Shown: positions 5,365 to 12,621, counted from the first letter of the stretch. The stretch is DNA of 16,000 bases from Candidatus Sororendozoicomonas aggregata (GCF_031528575.1 NZ_JAVLSP010000034.1:21096-37095); one strand, 5' to 3'. A program made the numbers and translations. The notes: generated by a model not told the origin, from the sequence alone.

Positions 5365-8300
5365 ATGTCAGTTATGTATTTACTCTTTTTTTATGTTTTT
5401 TTCATGGCGCTGTCAGCGTCAGTAAGCCCAACAATTTATGCTGATTCTGATTCCAATCAACCTTTTGGCCCGACCAACGTTATACTTAATCACCCTAATA
5501 ATTTAAGCAATCATCTGGAAGAGGCAAAAGACAATTTAACAGACGATTTTCATAAGTACTGTCGAACCATGCTATTGGCAGAAGCAGAAGGCTTTACCGA
5601 TAAGGAAGACTTTTTGAATAGCGAAAGGAAGTCACCTCGTTACTATTTATTCAAGGCGTTATGTATCCGCCATTTCTGGGCCCCTAACCTTGATAGTTTT
5701 ATGCGGTACATTGTACACGGAGACCCTGTTCAGGTTTCAAAACTCCCCTTGTTGAAAACCATGATAAAACTGTGTGAGGCACACCCCGGAATGACTATTG
5801 GTGAGATGATCAGCGAGGTAGAAAACCAGCAGCACGAAGATGAGGGTATCAACACTTTTTTAAGCTATAAAAACAACAGTCTCGAAAAGCATCAACAAGC
5901 GCTGGATGAGATCGTCGGCTTCTATCAGTCCGATAACGACGGGGAATACGAGGGTATCAACCCTGTTTCAGACGACAAAGCCAATTGTATTAAAGAGCAT
6001 CAACAAGCGTTGGCTGAAGTCGGCTACGATGAGCTTGAGAACAGCGGGGAATCCTGTGGAGATTCCTGGTTTGACGGTTGGTTCAAACAAACAAAACTCT
6101 CTGGTGTGATAAGTACACTGACAAACCTGGCTTCTTCCGTTGTCTCCCCTTTTAGCTTGCTGGCGATGGGTCTGCCCTGTGATGTATCAGGTTTTGTTTG
6201 TGACAATGGGGAAGTAGTGCCAGATTATTGGGCGGGGTCTCTACGGTGCAATAAAAAGAGAGAGTGCGAAGACGGTAGTGATGAGCGCTCCAGCGGTTTT
6301 CGCCCCCCCTGTTTTCAATGTAACAGCGATGGTAAGCTAATTCAGAGTGAACGGCTCTGCAATGGCAAGAGAGAGTGCGATGACGGTAGCGATGAGGCAA
6401 CCAGCGGTGTCAACCCCCTCTGTTTCCACTGTGGCAAAGAGGGTGAGCTGATTCGCAATAATCTCCAGATCTGCGATAGCAGAAACCACTGCAGCAATGG
6501 CGGTGATGAGCGTACCAGCGGCAAGAATCCTCCCTGTTTTCGATGTAAAAATGGTGATTGGATTATTCGTAAAGAAATGCGCTGTAACGGTATTAAAAAC
6601 TGCGATGACCACAGTGATGAACAGGCCAATAACTGCTGTGAAAATTGGACGTTGCAGAGCAAAGGTAACAGACTGTGTAATAAAAAAGGAGACCCTGGTA
6701 CCAAATTATATGTCTGTCAAAATGGACAAACCATCAAGAAAACATGGCGCTGCGATGGCCAAGTTGATTGCGTCGACGGCAGTGATGAGCGCGCCAGCGG
6801 TGCGACCGCCCCCTGTTTTCGTTGTAAACAGGGTAATCCAGTGCTCAGTGAAATGCGCTGTAACGGTGTTAAAGACTGCGATTACGCCAGTGATGAGCGG
6901 GCTGGAGACTGCTGTGAAAATTGGACGTTGCAGAGCAACGGTAACAGATTGTGTCATAAAAAAGGAGACCCCGGTACCAAATTCTATGTCTGTCAAAATG
7001 GACAAACCATCAAAGCAGCATGGCGCTGCGATGGCGTAGTTCATTGCATCGGCGTCATTCCCAGTGATGAACGCGTCAGCGGTGCCAACCCTGCCTGTTT
7101 TCGTTGTCAAAACGCTCGGATAATTAAAAATAACCACCTGATCTGCAATGGCGAAGACGACTGCGGCGACAATAGTGATGAGAGCGACTGTTTTCATTGT
7201 AAAAATGGTGATCGGGTTCGTAGTGAAATGCGCTGCGATGACCACCAGGACTGCGCTGATAACAGTGATGAGCTGCTGTGTCATTCCTTTGACTGCTCAA
7301 ACGGACAGGAAACCATCGAGATAGAATATTACTGTGATGGAATGGGCCACTGTAGTGACGGGAGTGATGAACAAGCGCAAAACTGCTGTGAAAACCCGGA
7401 GCTATTGGTTAACGGTACCACGGGTCTGTGTATTAAAAAAGGACACCCCGACATCACATTATTTGTCTGTCAAAACAGGAAAACCATCCGGCCAGAATTT
7501 CACTGTAATGGCTATACAGAATGCAGTGACATGAGTGATGAGCAACCACAAGACTGCTGTGAAAATCCGGAGCGGTGGGTTAAGGGCACTACCGGGCTGT
7601 GTAATAAAAAAGGAAACCCCGGCGCGGAATTATATGTTTGTCAAAACGGGCGAACCACCCGGCCAGAATTTCACTGTAATGGCTATAACGATTGCGGTGA
7701 TGGAAGTGATGAGCAAGCATCAAAATGCTGTGTAAATCCGGGGCGGTGGATTTGGGGCACCACCGGGGTGTGTGATAAAAAAGGAGACCCTGGTACGAAA
7801 TTCTATGTTTGTCAAAATGGGCAAACCATCAACGAAGCATGGCGCTGCAATCGCATTAACGAGTGCGGTGATGGGAGTGATGAACGCATCAGCGGTCACA
7901 ACCCTCCCTGTTTTCTTTGTCAAAATGGTCGGTTCATTCACAACTTTTTTGGCATGACCTGCAATGGTAGGAACAACTGCGGTGACTGGAGTGATGAGAG
8001 CGCCAGCGGTGACAACGCTCCTTGTTTTCGTTGTCAAAATGGTACGGTGATTAGCCGTAGTGGCATGTTCTGCAATGGCGTTAACAATTGCGATGACTGG
8101 AGTGATGAGCAGGCCGCGGACTGCTGTCAAAATCCGCGGCGGTGGGTTAACGGTACCACCGGGTGGTGTCATAAAAAGGGAACACGGGGCCAGAAACTCT
8201 TTGTTTGTGAAAAAGGGCATACCATCCGAGAATTATGGCATTGTGATACTTTTGACGATTGCGGTGGCAGGAGTGATGAAAAGACTGAAGACTGCTGTGT

Positions 8301-8889
8301 CAATGGGGAGCTGGGGGTTGATCGTACCACCAGACTGTGTGACAAAATAAGACACCCTGGCGCTAAACTTTATGCTTGCGAGGACGGGCGAACCGTCGCG
8401 GGAGATAAGCGCTGTGACGGTAGTATAAACTGCCTTGACGGCAGCGATGAGCGTACCAACGGCACATATCCCCCGTGTTTTAAGTGCGACAATGGCCAGG
8501 TGAAGCCCACTGAGATGCGCTGTGACGGTTTTATCAACTGCGCTGACGGCAGTGATGAGCTGGCGTGCAATAAATTCAATATTACTCATACTGGCAATAC
8601 AACGAATTTTGGTAATCATTCTTTCATGGGCAATTATACGGATATTAACGACTCTCCTGATACGCCTGATACTAATAATGCTGTCTTAAGCGCGCTGCTA
8701 TCGACCCCAGTCCTGGTGGCGATAGGCGCAGGGGCAGGCCTGGCCTATTATGCTGTGATGTTGGTCATTGAAAGAGATAAAATAAAGTCAGAAGGTAAGT
8801 TGAAATGGCTGGTTTCTCCTATCATCGCCCCCTATAAATACCTGTTGCGTCGTTGTGGCTGCCAAGAAGTTGAAGCTGATGAAGTGTAG
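5365..8889 (+). CDS. LDL-receptor class A (LDLa) repeat protein with 18 modules, an N-terminal signal peptide and a C-terminal TM anchor (paralogue 2)
   Basis: 1174-aa ORF. The first ~270 aa and the last ~250 aa are very similar to paralogue 1. There are 18 C-[DN]-x-x3-C-x-D-x-[SG]-D-E type motifs, one of them degenerate (CDGVVHCIGVIPSDE). TM helix at 8680..8769. The stop TAG 8887..8889 coincides with the first bases of a MITE. Confidence 0.85.
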   Translation: MSVMYLLFFYVFFMALSASVSPTIYADSDSNQPFGPTNVILNHPNNLSNHLEEAKDNLTDDFHKYCRTMLLAEAEGFTDKEDFLNSERKSPRYYLFKALCIRHFWAPNLDSFMRYIVHGDPVQVSKLPLLKTMIKLCEAHPGMTIGEMISEVENQQHEDEGINTFLSYKNNSLEKHQQALDEIVGFYQSDNDGEYEGINPVSDDKANCIKEHQQALAEVGYDELENSGESCGDSWFDGWFKQTKLSGVISTLTNLASSVVSPFSLLAMGLPCDVSGFVCDNGEVVPDYWAGSLRCNKKRECEDGSDERSSGFRPPCFQCNSDGKLIQSERLCNGKRECDDGSDEATSGVNPLCFHCGKEGELIRNNLQICDSRNHCSNGGDERTSGKNPPCFRCKNGDWIIRKEMRCNGIKNCDDHSDEQANNCCENWTLQSKGNRLCNKKGDPGTKLYVCQNGQTIKKTWRCDGQVDCVDGSDERASGATAPCFRCKQGNPVLSEMRCNGVKDCDYASDERAGDCCENWTLQSNGNRLCHKKGDPGTKFYVCQNGQTIKAAWRCDGVVHCIGVIPSDERVSGANPACFRCQNARIIKNNHLICNGEDDCGDNSDESDCFHCKNGDRVRSEMRCDDHQDCADNSDELLCHSFDCSNGQETIEIEYYCDGMGHCSDGSDEQAQNCCENPELLVNGTTGLCIKKGHPDITLFVCQNRKTIRPEFHCNGYTECSDMSDEQPQDCCENPERWVKGTTGLCNKKGNPGAELYVCQNGRTTRPEFHCNGYNDCGDGSDEQASKCCVNPGRWIWGTTGVCDKKGDPGTKFYVCQNGQTINEAWRCNRINECGDGSDERISGHNPPCFLCQNGRFIHNFFGMTCNGRNNCGDWSDESASGDNAPCFRCQNGTVISRSGMFCNGVNNCDDWSDEQAADCCQNPRRWVNGTTGWCHKKGTRGQKLFVCEKGHTIRELWHCDTFDDCGGRSDEKTEDCCVNGELGVDRTTRLCDKIRHPGAKLYACEDGRTVAGDKRCDGSINCLDGSDERTNGTYPPCFKCDNGQVKPTEMRCDGFINCADGSDELACNKFNITHTGNTTNFGNHSFMGNYTDINDSPDTPDTNNAVLSALLSTPVLVAIGAGAGLAYYAVMLVIERDKIKSEGKLKWLVSPIIAPYKYLLRRCGCQEVEADEV
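6178..8568 (+). repeat. In-frame array of 18 LDLa-like modules
   Basis: Same module grammar as 2494..4368. There are 7 CC-linker (long) modules here against 5 in paralogue 1. Confidence 0.85.
6634..7188 (+). repeat. Two-module super-repeat of about 276 bp (92 to 93 aa), two units
   Basis: Units start at 6634 and 6910 with TGCTGTGAAAATTGGACGTTGCAGAGCAA(A/C)GGTAACAGA. The first ~130 nt are nearly identical (CCENWTLQS.GNRLC.KKGDPGTK.YVCQNGQTIK..WRCDG). The remainder has diverged. Confidence 0.8.
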
Positions 8890-9051
8890 GGGCCTGTCCG
8901 AGAACAGCGCCCGTAGGAGGATTGCCAGAAATTGAGGATAAAATTTCTGCTTCTGAGGAGAGCAGCGAGGCTATTTGATGAAGAAGCAGGAGTTTTTAGA
9001 CCAATTTATCGCAACCGCAGTGGGGCAGTCTATTCTCGGTCAGGCTGCTAG
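8887..9051 (+). mobile_element. Type-1 MITE-like element (165 bp), copy A
   Basis: TAG-GGGCCTGTCCGAGAACAG ... CTATTCTCGGTCAGGCTGC-TAG, with imperfect terminal inverted repeats flanked by TAG. It has no coding capacity. It is absent from the equivalent position after paralogue 1, where the stop TAG is followed directly by CCAATTAT (compare TCAATGAT after this copy). Confidence 0.75.
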
Positions 9052-9354
9052 TCAATGATGGGCTGTAGTGAAAGTCTATCGTCGTTTAATTATAAGCACT
9101 ACTTGCCAGGGCATCAAATGTTGATGGTGTTCTGGTAACGGCCTGAAAAACGCCGCGCACCTTACCATAATGACTGCACGTCACTGGAGGTTTTGGTGCC
9201 GCTGATACGATCAGGTCGCGTTTTACCCTGCTATGACCTTAACAACAAATAGCGGCAAAAATAGCGGCAAAAAAACTGTTTATCGGGGCTTGTTATCACC
9301 TGCTATCAGTGAAATAGTGTGGGTTGTTTTTCCTTCTCTGGTAAGCTCCCTTTC

Positions 9355-10683
9355 ATGTTTTCTCACTTCCCCCTGAACAAGCGCTTGTTAAAGGCTCTTG
9401 ACGCGCTTTCATTGACAACCCCAACACCTGTCCAGCAGCAGGCCATTCCGTTCATACTGGCCGGTAAGGATATGCTGGTGGGAGCAGAAACTGGCAGTGG
9501 TAAGACAGCGGCATTTTTACTGCCTATGTTGCACCGCTTCCATGAAACCCCTTCGCCGCGATCAGTCACACGCGCGCTGGTGCTGGTGCCTACCCGTGAA
9601 CTGGCCCGGCAAGTGCTCAGACAGTGTGAAGCATTGGCTCGCTATACCCTTATAAAAGCAACAGTTATCATCGGTGGAGACAGCTTCAAGTACCAGGCTG
9701 CCAGCCTGCGAAAAAACCCAGACATTGTGATTGCCACACCGGGACGTCTTGCGGAGCATGTGGGGCGCCGTACCATTGACCTTGGCGATCTTGAGGTCCT
9801 CGTGCTTGATGAAGCTGACCGGATGCTGGATATGGGCTTTAGGGACGATGTGCTATTGATAGCGGGGCGTAGTCGCCTTGAACGCCAAACCCTCTTGTTT
9901 TCCGCAACAATGAGACAAAAGGGTCTGCGTGATGTCATTACGGCAGTGTTAAATGAGCCAGAAGAAATCAGGCTTAATGATACGCGCGGCACCCATGAAA
10001 AAATCAAGCAGCAAATTATTCTGGCCGATGACCTGAAGCACAAAGAAAAGCTATTGGCGGCCCTGCTCAGGGCTGAGATTGGTGAAAAAGTGGTCGTATT
10101 TACCAATACCCGTCTACAGGCAGATAAACTCGGGCGTTGGTTGCGTTATCACAAGCACAAAGTGGGAGTTCTCCATGGCGATATGACCCAGGAGGAGCGC
10201 AATCAGGTGATTCACTTTTTCCGGGAAGGTCGGATGACAGTGTTGGTGGCTACAGATCTAGCTGCCCGGGGTCTGGATGTGAAAGGGGTTACGCTGGTGG
10301 TGAATCTCGATATGGCGCGCGGTGGTGATGACTATGTCCACCGCATTGGCCGAACGGGCAGGGCAGGGGAGCAAGGATTGGCAGTCACCTTTATCAGTCC
10401 CTCTGAGTGGAACCTGATGGTCAGCATTGAGCGCTACCTGGGTGCAACCTTTGAACGGCGCGTCATTAAGGGTTTGGAAGGTCATTACAAGGGCCCTAAA
10501 AAGCTGAAAGCTTCAGGCAAAGCAGCTGGCCGTAAAAAGAAACTGACCGGAAAAAAGAAGGCAGAGTCTGCTGGCAAATTGAAAAACCGTGATAAGAAAA
10601 GTATTGGAAAACGGCGCAAGCCCACAAAATTAGAGGCAGGATCTATGCTTGACGTGGGGTTTGAGCCTTTAAAGAAAAGATAG
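9355..10683 (+). CDS. srmB: ATP-dependent DEAD-box RNA helicase, SrmB-like
   Basis: Motifs present: Q motif TPTPVQQQAIP, I AETGSGKT, Ia PTRELA, TPGRL, II DEAD, III SAT, V ARGLD, VI HRIGRTGRAG. It is colinear by eye with E. coli SrmB, including DDLKHK (DDLEHK) and the basic tail ...KSIGKRRKP (...KNIGKRRKP). ATG 9355 (MFSHFPLNKRLLKAL) fits the SrmB N-terminus better than the listed GTG 9319. Confidence 0.85.
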   Translation: MFSHFPLNKRLLKALDALSLTTPTPVQQQAIPFILAGKDMLVGAETGSGKTAAFLLPMLHRFHETPSPRSVTRALVLVPTRELARQVLRQCEALARYTLIKATVIIGGDSFKYQAASLRKNPDIVIATPGRLAEHVGRRTIDLGDLEVLVLDEADRMLDMGFRDDVLLIAGRSRLERQTLLFSATMRQKGLRDVITAVLNEPEEIRLNDTRGTHEKIKQQIILADDLKHKEKLLAALLRAEIGEKVVVFTNTRLQADKLGRWLRYHKHKVGVLHGDMTQEERNQVIHFFREGRMTVLVATDLAARGLDVKGVTLVVNLDMARGGDDYVHRIGRTGRAGEQGLAVTFISPSEWNLMVSIERYLGATFERRVIKGLEGHYKGPKKLKASGKAAGRKKKLTGKKKAESAGKLKNRDKKSIGKRRKPTKLEAGSMLDVGFEPLKKR

Positions 10684-10736
10684 TCAATAAGGATGTCGCT
10701 TCGCCCCACATGCTTTAGGTGGCGAATGAGCACCAC

Positions 10737-10904
10737 CTAGGAGCCTGTCCGAGAATAGACTGCCCTACTGCGGTGGCAGCAAATTGGTCTAAAAAGTCGG
10801 AAATTTTTAGCAAATAGAACCACTATTCACTAAAAATTTCCGACTTTTTATCCTCAATTTTCTGCCATCCTCGCTACGGGCGCTATTCTCGGACAGCCTC
10901 CTAG
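10737..10904 (-). mobile_element. Type-1 MITE-like element (168 bp), copy B, inverted relative to copies A and C
   Basis: CTAG-GAGCCTGTCCGAGAATAG ... CTATTCTCGGACAGCCTC-CTAG. The interior holds a 20-bp inverted repeat, AAAAAGTCGGAAATTTTTAG / CTAAAAATTTCCGACTTTTT. Its reverse complement aligns with copies A and C. Confidence 0.75.
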
Positions 10905-10949
10905 CAACACAACCTTCGAGGCAAAGCTTCGCAATGCCTGCGGTTGTTT

Positions 10950-10982
10950 CCCCCACCAAGCTAAAGCTCTGGTGGGGGTTTT
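10950..10982 (+). terminator. Rho-independent terminator, probably for srmB
   Basis: Perfect 9-bp GC-rich stem CCCCCACCA / TGGTGGGGG with an 11-nt loop, followed by TTTT. There is no T-tract on the opposite strand. Confidence 0.6.
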
Positions 10983-11004
10983 GACCCTGCGCTATTTGAT
11001 AAAA

Positions 11005-11499
11005 CTATAACATTGATTTAACGAGGTTCTTTCGACTAAATAACGAGGTAATCACGATAGCCAGCAGGTGGATACCGATGAAGTAGAACAGACTATTGAC
11101 CAATAAGCTGTGCCATTCATAGACACCCTGTTCAAGTCCAAAATCGGTGTCCTGAAGCCAGCCAGTAAAAGCGCAAAGTAACAACATTGTCCACATGAAC
11201 CAGACAGCCATAGCCCCCAACGGGTTATGACCGTGGGGTTGGTAATTGCCTTCTTTCAGCTCCTGAAGGTGATGCTCAACACCCTTGATAGAAAAGCAAA
11301 TATCTCGAAGTCGGGCAGGCGTCTTGGCAAAGGTCATACCATAGAGCAGGCGCAAGCAAACCAGTAAAAGAATCCCCCAGCCAGCATAGGTATGATACTG
11401 GCTTCCTCCTCCAAACAGGAACTGATTGCTAAAAAAAAGCACGACTACTGACCAGTGAATCAGCTTGACAACGCCAGGCCAACGGAATGGTTCAGACAT
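11005..11499 (-). CDS. Cytochrome b561-family (PF01292-like) di-haem membrane protein
   Basis: Four hydrophobic helices carry the conserved His pattern (IHWSVV, YHTYAGW, EWHSLL, GIHLLA). The preferred start is ATG 11499 (MSEPFRWPG...), which overlaps the upstream stop as ATGTCTGA. The listed ORF start 11532 would overlap cybC by 41 nt. Confidence 0.7.
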   Translation of the reverse strand: MSEPFRWPGVVKLIHWSVVVLFFSNQFLFGGGSQYHTYAGWGILLLVCLRLLYGMTFAKTPARLRDICFSIKGVEHHLQELKEGNYQPHGHNPLGAMAVWFMWTMLLLCAFTGWLQDTDFGLEQGVYEWHSLLVNSLFYFIGIHLLAIVITSLFSRKNLVKSML

Positions 11500-11926
11500 C
11501 GAATTTGCCGTGGTATTGTTTCTTGATATCATTGAGCGCTTTCATTCTATTTTTAGCAAGATCGAGATCACCCGCGTTAATGGCGTCCTGAACTGATGAC
11601 AGGCCCGTCAGTAGCTCGCTAACACCTGTCTGGAATGCTTCAGGATCTTCAGAGTACCCCGCTTTTTTTGCTTTTTCAGCATAGGCATGAAATTCATCTA
11701 CGTAGCCCTGCAGCTCATCCAGTGTTTTTGCAGAAATAGAGCGCTTAAAGTTAAACCCCATTGTTTTCATTGCTGCGCTCAACGGCTTACTTCCGCCTTC
11801 CTTTTTTATTTCTTCAGCCTGCATGCTATCGCTAGCTGTTGGTGCGCCGTTGACAATATAGGCGGTGCTTAAAACCACTACTGACAGCGCCACGGGAATA
11901 AGGACTGCTTTTAAGTTAAATTGCAT
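11492..11926 (-). CDS. cybC: Soluble periplasmic cytochrome b562 family protein
   Basis: Signal peptide MQFNLKAVLIPVALSVVVLSTAYIVNGA. Four-helix-bundle-like sequence with an N-proximal Met (AAMKTMGFNFK) and the C-terminal motif KKQYHGKF, comparable to E. coli b562 RNAYHQKY (Met/His haem ligands). Confidence 0.7.
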   Translation of the reverse strand: MQFNLKAVLIPVALSVVVLSTAYIVNGAPTASDSMQAEEIKKEGGSKPLSAAMKTMGFNFKRSISAKTLDELQGYVDEFHAYAEKAKKAGYSEDPEAFQTGVSELLTGLSSVQDAINAGDLDLAKNRMKALNDIKKQYHGKFDV

Positions 11927-12079
11927 TTTAAAGCCCTGAAAGTGAAATTTTCAAAGGATAATAAAACATGTATTGATGTATTTCCAGTGTCTTATCCCCC
12001 CATAGGCTGCAGATGGACAAGTACTTTATTGGCATAGCCGCATTAGCGTCAGGAACAACCCTGAAGAGGAATAACAGCC

Positions 12080-12247
12080 CTAGGAGCCTGACCGAGAATA
12101 GCGCCCTTAGCGAGGGTTGCGCGAAATTGAGGATAAAAATTTCTGTTTATGAGGAGAATAGTGGGGCTATTTGATGGAGAAGCAGGAATTTTTAGATCCA
12201 TTTATCGCAACCGCAGTAGGGCAGTCTACTCTCGGACAGGCTCCTAG
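12080..12247 (+). mobile_element. Type-1 MITE-like element (168 bp), copy C
   Basis: CTAG-GAGCCTGACCGAGAATAG ... CTACTCTCGGACAGGCTC-CTAG. It is colinear with copy A. Confidence 0.75.
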
Positions 12248-12327
12248 CCCGGATATTTCATAAACATGCTCCTGGCCTTGCTTGCTCCTTGCGGCTCTAA
12301 GGGCGGTTTATGAAATATCCGGGCTAG
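12244..12327 (-). mobile_element. Type-2 MITE-like element (84 bp), second copy, sharing its flanking CTAG with type-1 copy C
   Basis: CTAG-CCCGGATATTTCATAAAC ... GTTTATGAAATATCCGGG-CTAG. Its reverse complement is nearly identical to 4852..4935. Confidence 0.7.
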
Positions 12328-12582
12328 CATGGGGCCAAATAACTCAAATGGGAATGTTGGATAATTTGGAACTCTAAAGTGGGTAGATAATGAACAAAAG
12401 TACTGTTTTTATAGGGTGACAGGAATATAAGTTGTTCACTCAAAAAAGACACCAGTAGTTAATTCTACCGTCATCGTTCAGGCTTGGCCCAAGGTGCTAA
12501 TCAACCAATCTGGCGCAGTTTTATCACCCTCTATGGCGCACCTGGAATCTGGCAACGACTGTCGTTTGTCTGAATAACACAT

Positions 12583-12621
12583 AAAAAAGCCCCTACTCGA
12601 TGAAATCAGGCAAGGGCTTTT
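12583..12621 (-). terminator. Putative Rho-independent terminator after rplT
   Basis: The minus strand reads AAAAGCCCTT-(17-nt loop)-AGGGGCTTTTTT, starting about 20 nt after the rplT stop. GCCC/GGGC core, A-tract 5' and T-tract 3'. The loop is long, so confidence is moderate. Confidence 0.45.

Noticed and set aside
2494-8568. The regular periodicity of short conserved nucleotide blocks could be taken for a CRISPR array or a non-coding satellite.
   Set aside because: The periods (108 to 171 bp) are multiples of three and lie in one long open frame. The conserved blocks encode Cys and DxSDE motifs, and the intervening sequences are homologous to each other.
5906-8619. The equivalent antisense and alternative-frame ORFs inside LDLa gene 2, for example 6706..7284 (-) of 192 aa, 7720..8220 (-), 6497..7039 (+) and 8233..8619 (-).
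   Set aside because: The same repeat-driven artefact as in gene 1. They show no independent start signals or recognisable motifs.
1681-8889. Possibility that the LDLa genes are eukaryotic (host) contamination or a chimeric assembly.
   Set aside because: The ORFs are uninterrupted for 3.0 and 3.5 kb. The segment is embedded between bacterial genes on one contiguous sequence. The same type-1 and type-2 MITEs occur both beside the LDLa genes and beside srmB, cybC and rplT. Long-read confirmation is still worthwhile.
9250-9273. 12-bp tandem duplication TAGCGGCAAAAA x2 upstream of srmB.
   Set aside because: There are only two units, no dyad symmetry and no obvious relation to a promoter. It is probably a trivial slippage product.
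9363-10736. Antisense and alternative-frame ORFs within srmB (9363..9569, 9562..9759, 9642..10106, 10258..10485 and 10485..10736 on the minus strand; 10137..10328 on the plus strand).
   Set aside because: They are fully contained in, or overlap, a helicase gene that carries all the canonical DEAD-box motifs. They have no features of their own.
12553-12567. Palindrome CAACGAC-T-GTCGTT downstream of the rplT terminator as a possible operator.
   Set aside because: It is a single short 6-bp-arm palindrome with no adjacent promoter or gene start, and is expected by chance in 16 kb.
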